This document shows, piece by piece, positions 34,940-45,417 of a DNA stretch of 64,000 bases; within the stretch, counting starts at the first letter, position 1; each line of letters opens with the position of its first letter. The notes under the pieces are model-generated. The model saw only the letters and a list, made by a program, of their open reading frames with translations, was not told the DNA's origin and ran no database searches. Source of the stretch: Heterodontus francisci (Eukaryota); the NCBI RefSeq assembly GCF_036365525.1, contig NC_090384.1:50599192-50663191 (forward strand), read 5' to 3'. The position numbers and the translations under genes are program-made.

Positions 34940-37915
34940 CTAATGTCCTTTAGGGAAGGAAATCTGCTGTCCTTACCTGGTCTGGCCTACATGTGACTCC
35001 AGACCCACAGCAATGTGGTTAACTCTTATATGCCCTCTGAAATGGCCTAGCAAGCCACTCAGTTGTACCTGACATTGATGAGGTCAATTAAAGGGAATGA
35101 AACCGGACGGACTACCCGGCATCGACCTAGGCACTGGAAACAACAACGGCAAACCCAGCCCTGTCGACCCTGCAAAGTCCTCCTTACTAATATCTCGGGG
35201 CTTGTGCCAAACTTGGGAGAGCTGTCCCACAGACTAGTCAAGCAACAGCCTGACATAGTCATACTCACGGAATCATACGTGACAGACAATGTCCCAGATA
35301 CTGCCATCACCATCCCCGGGTATGTCATGTCCCACGGGCAGGACAGACCCACCAGAGGTGGTGGCACAGTGGTATACAGTAGGGAGGGAGTTGCCCTGGG
35401 AGTCCTCAACATTGACTCTGGACCCCATGAAGTCTCATGGCATCAGGTCAAACATGGGCAAGGTAACCTCCTACTGATTACCACCTACCGCCCTCCCTCA
35501 GCTGATGACTCAGTGCTCCTCCATGTTGAACACCACTTGGAGGAAGCACTGAGGGTGGTAAGGGCACAAAATGTACTCTGGGTGGGGGACTTCAATGCCC
35601 ATCACCAAGAGTGGCTCGGTAGCACCACTACTGATCGAGCTGGCCGAGTCCTAAAGGACATAGTTGCTAGACTGGGTATGCGGCAGGTGGTGAGGGAACC
35701 AACACGAGGTAAAAACATACTTGACCTCATCCTCACCAATCTGCCTGCCGCAGATGCTTCTGTCCATGACTGTATTGGTAGGGGTGACCACCACACAGTC
35801 CTTGTGGAGACCAAGTCCCGCCTTCACTTTGAGGTTACCCTCCATCGTGTTGTGTGGCACTACCACCGTGCTAAATGGGATAGCTTTCGAACAGATCTAG
35901 CAATGCAAACCTGGTCATCCATGAGGCGCTCTGGGCCATCAGCAGCAGCAAAATTGTATTCATCCACAATCTGTAAGCTCATGGCCTGGCATATCCCCCA
36001 CTCTACCAGTACCATCAAGCCAGGAGACCAACCCTGGTTCAATGAAGAGTGCAGGAGGGCATGCCAGGAGCAGCACCAGGCATACCTCAAAATGAGGTGT
36101 CAACCTGGTGAAGCTACAACACAGGACTATCTGCGTGCCAAACTGCGTAAGCAGCATACGATAGACAGAGCTAAGCAATCCCATAACCAACGGATCAGAT
36201 CTAAGCTCTGCAGTCCTGCCACATCCAGCCGTGAATGGTGGTGGACAATTGAACAACTAACTGGAGGAGGAGGCTCCAAAAATATCTCCATCCTCAATGA
36301 TGGGGGAGCCCAGCACATCAGTGTGAAAGATAAGGTTGAAGCATTTGCAACAATCTTCAGCCAGAAGTGCCAAGTTGATGATCCATCTCGGCCTCCTCCT
36401 GAAGTCCCCAGCATCACAGATGCCAGACTTCAGCCAATTCGATTCACTCCGCGTGATATCAAGAAACGACTGAAGGCACTGGATACTGCAAAAGCTATGG
36501 GCCCTGACAATATTCCAACAATAGTACTGAAGACCTGTGCTCCAGAACTTGCCACGACCCTAGCCAAGCTGTTCCAGTACAGCTACAACACTGGCATCTA
36601 CCCTGCAATGTGGAAAATTGCCCAGGTATGTCCTGTACACAAAAAGCAGGGCAAGTCCAACCCGGCCAATTACCGCCCCATCGGCTTACTCTCAATCATC
36701 AATAAAGTGATGGAAGGTGTCACCAACAGTGCCATCAAGCGGCACTTGCTTAGCAATAACCTGCTCAGTGACGCTCAGTTTGGGTTCTGCCAGGGCCACT
36801 CAGCTCCTGACCTCATTACAGCCTTGGTTCAAACATGGACAAAAGAGCTGATCTCAAGAGGTGAGGTGAGAGTGACTGCCCTTGACATCAAGGCAGCATT
36901 TGACCGAGTATGGCATCAAGGAGCCCTAGCAAAACTGAGGACAATGGAAATCAAGGGGAAAACCCTCTGTTTGCTGGAGTCATACCTAGCGCAAAGGAAG
37001 ATGGTTGTGGTTGTTGGAGGTCAATCATCTGAGCTCCAGGACATCACTGCAGGAGTTCCTCAGGTTAGTGTCCTAGGCCCAACCATCTTCAGCTGCTTCA
37101 TCAATCACCTTCCTTCAATCATAAGGTTGGAAGTGGGGATGTTTACGGATGATTGCACAATGTTCAGCACCATTCGTGACTCCTCAGATACTGAAGCAAT
37201 CCGTGTCGAAATGCAGCAAGACCTGGACAATAGCCAGGCTTGGGCTGATAAGTGGCAAGTAACATTCGCGCCACACACGTGCCAGGCAATGACCATCTCA
37301 AGCAAGAGAGAACCAAACCATCTCCCCTTGACATTCAACAGCATTACCATCGCTGAATCCCCCACTATCAACATCCTAGGGGCCACCATTGACCAGAAAC
37401 TGAACAGGAATAGCCATCTAAATACCGTGGCTACAAGAGCAGGTCAGGGGCTAGGAATCCTGAGACAAGTAACTCACCTCCTGACTCACCAAAGCCTGTC
37501 TACCATCTACAAGGCACAAGTCAGGAGTGTGTGGAATACTCTCCATTTGCCTGGATGGGTGCAGCTCCAACAGCACTCAAGAAGCTCGACACCATCCAGG
37601 ACAAAGCAGCCCGCTTGAATGGCACCCCACCTACAAACATTCACTCCCTCCACCACCGACGCATAGTGGCAGCATTGACAAGATGCACTGCAGCAATGCA
37701 CCAAGGCTCCTTAGACAGCACCTTCCAAACCCGTGACCTTGACCACCTCGAAGGACAAGGGCAGCAAATGCATGGGAACATCACCACCTGCAAGTTCCCC
37801 TCCAAGTCACACACCATCCTGACTTGGAACTATATCGCCGTTCCTTCACTGTTGCTGGGTCAAAATCCTGGAACTCCCTTCCTAACCGCACTGTGGGTAT
37901 ACCTTTTGGTTTGGA
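34940..37915 (+). mobile_element. LINE family B (CR1/L2-group non-LTR retrotransposon), near full-length, 3' tail missing
   Basis: Short 5' leader, then a single APE-RT ORF; frameshifted C-terminus 37531-37900; followed directly by the PLE copy. Confidence 0.9.
35063..37618 (+). CDS. Apurinic-like endonuclease plus reverse transcriptase (851 aa, frameshift near 37530)
   Basis: APE motifs ILTES, YRPP, GDFNAH, ILDLILTN, GDH; RT motifs GPDNIP, NYRPIGLL, DIKAAFDRVWH, GVPQVSVLGP, FTDD. Confidence 0.9.
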   Translation: MYLTLMRSIKGNETGRTTRHRPRHWKQQRQTQPCRPCKVLLTNISGLVPNLGELSHRLVKQQPDIVILTESYVTDNVPDTAITIPGYVMSHGQDRPTRGGGTVVYSREGVALGVLNIDSGPHEVSWHQVKHGQGNLLLITTYRPPSADDSVLLHVEHHLEEALRVVRAQNVLWVGDFNAHHQEWLGSTTTDRAGRVLKDIVARLGMRQVVREPTRGKNILDLILTNLPAADASVHDCIGRGDHHTVLVETKSRLHFEVTLHRVVWHYHRAKWDSFRTDLAMQTWSSMRRSGPSAAAKLYSSTICKLMAWHIPHSTSTIKPGDQPWFNEECRRACQEQHQAYLKMRCQPGEATTQDYLRAKLRKQHTIDRAKQSHNQRIRSKLCSPATSSREWWWTIEQLTGGGGSKNISILNDGGAQHISVKDKVEAFATIFSQKCQVDDPSRPPPEVPSITDARLQPIRFTPRDIKKRLKALDTAKAMGPDNIPTIVLKTCAPELATTLAKLFQYSYNTGIYPAMWKIAQVCPVHKKQGKSNPANYRPIGLLSIINKVMEGVTNSAIKRHLLSNNLLSDAQFGFCQGHSAPDLITALVQTWTKELISRGEVRVTALDIKAAFDRVWHQGALAKLRTMEIKGKTLCLLESYLAQRKMVVVVGGQSSELQDITAGVPQVSVLGPTIFSCFINHLPSIIRLEVGMFTDDCTMFSTIRDSSDTEAIRVEMQQDLDNSQAWADKWQVTFAPHTCQAMTISSKREPNHLPLTFNSITIAESPTINILGATIDQKLNRNSHLNTVATRAGQGLGILRQVTHLLTHQSLSTIYKAQVRSVWNTLHLPGWVQLQQHSRSSTPSRTKQPA

Positions 37916-38020
37916 AGGTGCTTTGCTTCCAATTTCCACCCTTCTCTCACCTTTACATGGTCCATCTCTGACACTTCCCTTCCCTTCCTCGACTTCTCTG
38001 TCTCCATCTCTGGGGATAGG

Positions 38021-38929
38021 TTGTCTACCAATATCTATTATAAGCCCACTGACTCCCACAGCTACCTCGACTACACTTCTTCACACCCTACCTCCTGTAA
38101 GGACTCCATTCCATTCTCCCAGTTTCTCCGTCTCCGACGCATCTGCTCTGAAGATGCTACCTTCCATGACGGTGCTTCTGATATGGCCTCCTTTTTCCTC
38201 AACCGAGGATTTCCCCCCACTGTGGTTGACAGGGCCCTCAACCGTGTCCGACCCATTCCCCGCACCTCTACCCTCACCCCTTCCCCTCCCTCCCAGAACC
38301 GTGACAGGGTTCCCCTTGTCCTCACTTTTCATCCCACCAGCCTCCATATCCAAAGGATCATCCTCCGCCATTTTCGCCACCTCCAGCGTGATGCCACTAC
38401 CAGTCGCATCTTCCCCTCCCTTCCCCTGTCAGCATTCCGAAGGGATCGTTCCCTCCGCGACACCCTGGTCCACTCCTCCATTACCCCCACCACCTCGTCC
38501 CCGTCCCAGGGCACCTTCCCTTGCAATCGCAGGAGGTGTAACACCTGCCCATTTACCTCCTCTCTCCTCACTATCCCAGGCCCCAAACACTCCTTTCAGG
38601 TGAAGCAGCGATTTACTTGTACTTCTTTCAATGTAGTATACTGTATTCGCTGCTCACAGTGTGGTCTCCTCTACATTGGGGAGACCAAGCGCAGACTGGG
38701 TGACCGCTTTGCGGAACATCTCCGCTCAGTCCGCAAGCAGGACCCTGAGCTTCCGGTTGCTTGCCATTTCAACACTCCCCCCTGCTCTCATGCTCACATC
38801 TCTGTCCTGGGATTGCTGCAGTGTTCCAGTGAACATCAACGCAAGCTCGAGGAACAGCATCTCATCTACCGATTAGGCACACTACAGCCTGCCGGACTGA
38901 ACATTGAGTTCAATAATTTCAGAGCATGA
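38021..38929 (+). CDS. PLE RT C-terminus plus GIY-YIG endonuclease (open to the stop codon)
   Basis: VVYCIRCSQCGLLYIGETKRRLGDRFAEH...KLEEQHLIYRLGTLQPAGLN. Confidence 0.88.
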   Translation: MSTNIYYKPTDSHSYLDYTSSHPTSCKDSIPFSQFLRLRRICSEDATFHDGASDMASFFLNRGFPPTVVDRALNRVRPIPRTSTLTPSPPSQNRDRVPLVLTFHPTSLHIQRIILRHFRHLQRDATTSRIFPSLPLSAFRRDRSLRDTLVHSSITPTTSSPSQGTFPCNRRRCNTCPFTSSLLTIPGPKHSFQVKQRFTCTSFNVVYCIRCSQCGLLYIGETKRRLGDRFAEHLRSVRKQDPELPVACHFNTPPCSHAHISVLGLLQCSSEHQRKLEEQHLIYRLGTLQPAGLNIEFNNFRA

Positions 38930-39296
38930 CAGCCCCCCACTTTACTTTCATTTTTAGTCATTTTTAGTTAATTTTTCTTCCTTTTTTTTGCATTCCTTTT
39001 TACATTTTTTGCATTTATTTCATTTCATGTTAGTTTGTTCAGTTTGCTTACCCACTGTTTTTTTCAGGTTGTTTTTCTTCAGGTTTGCACTTGCTGATGT
39101 TCTATATTCAGTATATTCACACCTAATCTGTACTAATGCTTTGTCTTTCAAAACACCATTAACATATTGTTTGCCTTTGCTCCGTGACCTTTTGGTCAGC
39201 TATGTGGCCTGGTCCAATCTGCACCTTCTCCTTTGTTATCTCTTGCCCAACCCCCACCTCACTTGTTTATAATCTGTGACTTTTCTAATATTTGTC

Positions 39297-39333
39297 AGTT
39301 CCGAAGAAGGGTCACTGACCCGAAACGTTAACT
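39297..39333 (+). ncRNA. Minimal type-I hammerhead motif, CCGAAGA core variant
   Basis: AGTT-CCGAAGA-A-GGGTC-act-GACCC-GAAAC-GTT-AACT. Confidence 0.65.
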
Positions 39334-39524
39334 CTGCTTCTCTTTCCACAGATGCTGCCAGACCTGCTGAGTGAATCCAGCATTTCTTGTTTTTGTTCCA
39401 ATTTTTATCCTGCTGTTTTGAGACCACTTGACTGGCTGTTTGATTCTTCTTCCCAGAACCTTCAACAGCTGCAGAACTTAAAAGGCAAAGCCCAACAGAT
39501 TGTGGATCAATGACCTGAAACACT

Positions 39525-40030
39525 GTCCGGAAATTTATGCCCCCCAAATGAGTGGAGGGGTGGTGGGAGGGTGGGGTGTAAAATTGAGTGGGAGGTGGAG
39601 GTGGGTGCGTTCCCATCCCCCTTGCAATTAACTGCCACTTACGGGCCTCTACCCACCACTGCGGGTATTTTACCCTTGGCTGCTGGGCGGCTGAGACCTT
39701 AAAAACCCCGCCTGGTGAAACCAGGCGGCTTTCTTTCTGGCTTGGGGGGGGCCCTCCTGATTGGGCACCCTGTGCTCCAATACTCAGCAGGTCAGGCTAC
39801 ATCTGTGCAGGGAGGAACAGAGTTAACGGCCGGAATTTACTTTGAGCGGGGGCCCTGTCCGACGGGTGAAAAGTCAATTGTGAGCCCACCTCCGTCAGGC
39901 CTGGGAGCCAGACCGGGATTTTATGCTCCCCAGGCCCTTAATTGGTCTTGGGTGGGACTTCCTCCTCCTTGAGGCAGGAAGTCCCACCTAATGGAGCTGC
40001 CGGCCAATCAGGGGCCAGTGGCTTTTAGTC
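39525..40030. mobile_element. Partial Harbinger-type MITE containing a short PLE 3'-end fragment (39784-39829)
   Basis: Shares motifs ggcccttaattgg, gggacttcc..gaggcaggaagtccc, gctgccggccaatca with 33301-34057. Confidence 0.65.
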
Positions 40031-40149
40031 CCAAAAGGTCAGTTAACATATGTAGAGAGAGAAAAACAGAGTTAATGGGCCCAATTTTAACTGTGAAAAT
40101 GTATTGGTTTTGAATTAGTTAAAATCTTGCCCAATATTTCAGATTGATG

Positions 40150-40222
40150 ACTCTGCTTCTGAGTATTTCCAGCATTTTCTGTTTTTATTTCAGATTTCCA
40201 GTATCCACAGTATTTTGCTTTT
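40150..40222 (+). mobile_element. PLE family 1-related 3'-terminal remnant
   Basis: ttccagcattttctgtttttatttcagatttccagtatccacagtattttgctttt matches the PLE terminus. Confidence 0.7.
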
Positions 40223-40454
40223 GTAATGCTTTTGATGTTGAAATGCTTTTGCAGATTGTTGTTGCTTTTATTGAGAGTGGAGTAAGTGCTGCATTCCAAC
40301 TAGTTTGTCAAACATGCCAGAAGTTACTCCATCTTGAGCGCAAGTGGAAATTATGGACCTCACAATTTGGTTCAGATGAAATTGGTCCATATCAGAAGGC
40401 CTGCATAATACACTCTCATAAACAGTGAATGATGATGATTATGATATGATTAAA

Positions 40455-40995
40455 AACAACCACAACTTGTATTTATATAGCACTCTTAACATAGTAAAAC
40501 ATCCCAAGGCACTTCACAGAAGTATCATTATATAAAATATGACATTGAGCCACATAAGGAGGTATTTGGGCAGATGATCAAGTGCTTGGCCAAAGAGAAA
40601 GGTCTAATGGAGGGTCTTAAAGGAGGAAAGAGAGGAAGTGAGGCAGCCACGTCTAGGGAGGAAATTGCATTGTTTAGGGCCTTGTCAGCTAAAGGTATGG
40701 CCACCAATTATGGAACGATTAAAATTAAGGACGCTCAAGAGTCCAGAATTGGAGGAGTGCAAATATCTTGGAGGGTTGTAGGAGTTACAGAGATCGGGAG
40801 GAATGAGGTCATGGAGTGATTTGAAAACAAAGATGAGAATTTTAAAATTGAGGCATTGCTTAAACGGGAGTCAAAGTAGATGGCTAGCACAGAGTTAATG
40901 GGTGAACAGGACTTGGTGCGAGTTAGGACATGGGTAACAGAGTTTTGGATTACTTCAAGTTTACGAAGGGAGCCCAGCAGGAGTGTGTTGGAATG
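40455..40995 (-). mobile_element. L2-type LINE 3' fragment
   Basis: RKLEVIQNSVTHVLTRTKSCSPINSVLA; tail gtgctatataaatacaag like the Deu-SINE tails. Confidence 0.6.
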
Positions 40996-41689
40996 GAATA
41001 TGATGAAAATAAAGCATTGATGAGTAGAACATCTCCGCAACAAAATTCTGTACATTGTAATTTGTTCTCAGGCTTAGCCACAATTTCTGTACATGATTAA
41101 TGTGTTTATTTCTGATTTTATTTTGCATATATCAGCTGGTGATATATTTGTAGTATCAACATTCTGTAACATAGTGATGGCTCTTTGATGCTCCTTTCTG
41201 AATATGGAAGTTAAATACTTGTGGAAAGTGAATATTGTGTAAATGATATTGTGATGTATCTTTGTTGGTCAATGGAGGTGTGATAATTGGAATGTTTTTC
41301 ATGAAGTGTTAAATAGCAGATTTTTATAACTTTTATAGAAGAAATCTTAATGTACCATTTTTTGGCCATAAAATATAACCCATTTCAATTAAAAAGTCTT
41401 TGATATGAACATGAACTTTAAGTATCTACGTTGGTCCATTGTGAGCATGAGTCCTGTCAACGTGTACCCTCAGAAGGAATCAGCTCCTGTGTGGAAAGAC
41501 CGTCCGTCAGAACCACCAACTGCTGGTGCACACGTGAAGACACTGCCAGAGAGAAAAGATATGAATCATTACTGACAAGGTAATAATTTTGCAACTTAAT
41601 ATTATGAAGGTGAACATATTTTAGTCGTGGCTGAAGTCCAGTCAACTTGGCTGAGTGTTGTATGACATATGATATTTAATTCAGTCACC

Positions 41690-42330
41690 AGGTAGCTGGG
41701 ATGTCCCCATCTCCCCATTTCTGATGGCCAGTGATGCTGAGATGTCACTGATATCTAGTACTTTCTCCTCTGCAGCTATCGCCTGTGAGATCTGTGTAGG
41801 CCCACCTCCAATTTTCTCCCTCTCCTTCGTGTTTTGTCCTCTCTTCGCCTGCACCGGACACCGTTACAGAATTTTGTGTAATGGTAATGCAATGTGTTCA
41901 CTCGATAGATGCAGTGCATTGGTGAGGATAACTATCAGGGAGAGGCATCAAATTGCATAGGGATGAGGGCGATTGCCAATGCTGGCTGGGTAGATGGGAA
42001 TGTGAGGAAGTGTGTAGAAAGAGAACAATGGGTGCGCTTGCATAGTCAGAACGTATAAGAAATGATGTGATAGACTAGGCTCGACAAGACAGAGTGAGGG
42101 GTTTGGGTGATATTGGCAGCAGAATGTAAGTGAATGAACAACTGTGCTTACGTTTCCTGACCTGGATAGATCATTAAAACGCTCTCTGCACTGAACCCAG
42201 GAGTGTGGCACAATATTCATTCTGTTAACTTCCAGCCATGCCTTCTGTGTGGCAGCAGCAGGCTTTTCCTCCCACTGCTGGGGAAAAGCATCTCTATCTG
42301 ACTCCTCATTCTTCACCCCAACAGCACATT
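41690..42330 (-). pseudogene. Harbinger Myb/SANT-like accessory gene remnant
   Basis: ATQKAWLEV...HSWVQCRERFNDL followed by donor-like gtaagc; parallel to 55030-55700. Confidence 0.65.
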
Positions 42331-42924
42331 AAGAAAGGTGCGCTTTTGAGCAGCCCGAGTCCATGATAAGACTTCTTCATCTCTTCGTTGAAATTCCCAA
42401 TCCCTTCAAAATACGATATTGGATTGGCTCTTTAAGTACTCGAATTGAGATAGTGTCATGTGGGTCAGCACTACAACTGCTGCCATGCATTTGCTGCCAA
42501 ACCTGGAAGTAAAACGATAATGAGGTGGTTGAATTAAAATGCCACACACAGACAGAAATTTCTTCTAGATTTCCCATGCAATATTGGACACCCAGCTTCC
42601 AACATACCCCAAAATTAATATTGAGGCTATTGAATCCACTTGCAGACTCCAGAAAAACTCTATTTTGCTTTAAGTAGAAACACAATCACTTGGGGCAGTG
42701 AGATAATGCTGAAACAACACTTGGGCTGCTCAGTGTATTGCTTCCTTCTAATATGTTTCTATTCCTTTGTATAAATAATTTTCCTGCAAACAAGCACACC
42801 AGAAATATTGGAAAATGTATAGTTTGACAATGTGATAAAGGAATTCAAAGGAAGCACAAACCTCTGAGCCTTTTATTTTGGTATACACGTTGGAGGCACG
42901 TTATACAGCAGCTGTTTGCCTTTC

Positions 42925-43640
42925 ATAGAATAGAATCATAGAATGGTTACAGCACAGAAGGAGGCTATTCAACCCGTCGAGTCTATACTGGCTCCCTGCA
43001 GGAGCAATGCAGCTAGTCCCACTCCCACGGCCTTTTCCTGTAACCCTGCATTTTTTTAAATCTTCAGATGCTTATCCAATTCCCTTTTGAAAGCCAGAAT
43101 TGAATCTTCCTCCACCACCCTCTCAGGCAATGCCTTCCAGATCCTAACCACTCACTGTGTAAAAAAGTTTTTCCTCATGGTGCCATTGGTTCTTTTGCCA
43201 TTCATCTTAAATCATTGTCCTCTGTTTTTCTCTCTATCTACTCTATCTAATCTTCCCACAACCTTCTCATCTCTATGGAGAACAAACCCAGCTTCTCCAA
43301 TCTATCCTCATAACTGAAGTCCATCATCCCTGGAATCATTCTTGTCAATCTTTTCTGCACCCTCTATAAAGCCTTTGCATCTTTCCTGAAGTACAGTGCC
43401 CAGAATTGGACACAATACTCCAGTTGAGGCCAAAGCAGTGTTTTATAAAAGGTCATCAAAACTTGCTGTTGTATGCTATGCCTCTATTTATAAAGCCTAG
43501 GATCCAGTCTGCCTTTTTGAACACTTTCTCAACCTGCCCTACTACCTTCAATGATTTGTGCATGTATACCCCCAGGACTCTGTTCCTGCACCCTCTTTAG
43601 AATTGTACCATTTAGTTTATATTGCCTCTCCTTGTTCTTT
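42925..43640 (-). mobile_element. Degenerate CR1 3' end
   Basis: (ataga)n tail, ccactcactgtgtaaaaaagtttttcctc, cccagaattggacacaatactccag. Confidence 0.75.
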
Positions 43641-43644
43641 CTAC

Positions 43645-44101
43645 CCGGCAGCTCTAACACATTCAAGAAACTTGATGCCCTCCAGCACCTTGCTGCCCAC
43701 TTGATCAGCACCCCATCCACCATCCTAAACATTCATTCCCTCCACCACTTGCACACAGTGACAGCAGTGTGTTCCATCTACAAGAGGCACTGCAGCAACT
43801 TGCCATGCCTGCTTTGACAGCAGCTTCCAAACCTGCGACCTCTACCACCTAGAAGGACACAGGGAGCAGACACGTGGGAACACCACTACCTGCCTGTTCC
43901 CTGCATCATTATGACTTGGAACTATATCGCCATTCCTCCTCTGTCATTGGGTCAAAAACCTGGAACTCCTGTACCTACACCATATGGACTGCAGTGGTTC
44001 AAAAAGGGGGCTCACCACCACCTTCTCAATGGCAATTAGGGATGGGCAACTGGTGCTGGCCTTGCCAGTGACACCCACATCCCATGAATAATTAAAAAAA
44101 A
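43645..44101 (+). mobile_element. LINE family B 3' end with tail
   Basis: Colinear with 37560-37900, then ggcaattagggatgggcaac...cacatcccatgaataattaaaaaaa. Confidence 0.8.
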
Positions 44102-45417
44102 CCTTTTAGTTGATAGTAGACTGCACCTGAAACCTAGGGTTTAGGAACTAAAAGTATGATAGTTAGGAACATTGCCATGTGCTTGTTTCATGAATAAGTT
44201 ATTGAAAGGATAAAAAGTAAGATATGTATGTAGCTGTTTGTATGCACTCCTTTGGAATTGCAAAAGGAAGGAGGGCTCCTGAAAGTGGTTGTTGCATTAT
44301 TAAATGCTGTGTTTCTGCACATGCCATTGAAAGATGTGACGACTTGTATTTACATTATTGATTTTTGAAACAGAAGACATGCATGTGTCAGTTGGTCCAA
44401 CATACTGTCTGAGGGACCAACTCCCCTAGGAACTGGAATAGGGATGGGCAATAGTTCCTTCACTTTTATAAGCTGCCCTCAAATTGTAGTGTCCTGGCTC
44501 ATGCATGAAGAAATGTCACTGAGCTGAGGATCTTGAAGGCTGCCCACAAGAAACCATTTCTCCAGAACCAGTCATTGCATTTAGGACAGGAATGAAAGGA
44601 AAAAATTGGAGAGGAAGCCAGAGGGGGCATAAAAATCTCTGGTACTTAAGTTCTTTCATCTCCTGCTCATGAGCATCTAACTTTCCCATAAAATAATTCC
44701 TGGTTGGCATCCTTCTTTTCTGGTCTCCATTTACATGTGTATTATGAACTAGGTGTTCTGCACTAACTTCATGATTTCAACTTGCTATATCAAGTGATAA
44801 ATTCATTGTATTCACCACACCTGAATGTTAAATCATGCACACATTCACAAAAAGAGAACTTCTTACTATTATGCATGGAGTCATGCCCATTTTCTTCTCT
44901 CTAGCCTGTGCAAGGCAGTCTTTTCCAATAACTTGTATATGATACTGCTGCCTATCTGTGTATTTTATTAGGATTTTGAACTATCACAAATATTTTGTAG
45001 AGACACAAGAAGAACAAATGTAATATATTTTACTTTTTGAACAAAGTTTGGCAAAGGCTCAGATTGCTGAAAGACAGTTACATTCAGTCTCCAGAGAAGG
45101 CCAAACTTAGGAAGAAGGAAATGGGGAGTGACAGCATCACTTAATATAAGACAATAAAATCCTGAAGCCAGTAAATGGCTCTCACATAGTGCAAGTGTAT
45201 GGAGATCAAGGAAGAGGCCAAACCTCAACAGTCAGAGATGTTGCCAGACCTGCTGAATATTTCCAGCATTTTCTGTTTCTTGTCTCATTTGTTGCTTTAC
45301 TGAAGCTTGCCAGTTTAGTTCAGTTGATATATCAGCTTAGTTCAGTTGTTAGTATTCCCAGAAGTCAGAGTCAAAAGGTTGTGATTTCAAGGCCCCAGTC
45401 CAGGGCTTGAACATATA

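Larger units (their letters stand above)
37922..39397 (+). mobile_element. Penelope-like element family 1 (Neptune-like), 5'-truncated
   Basis: RT thumb LPFLD/YYKPTDS, Cys linker CNRRRCNTC, GIY-YIG, T-rich 3'UTR, hammerhead motif. Confidence 0.9.
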
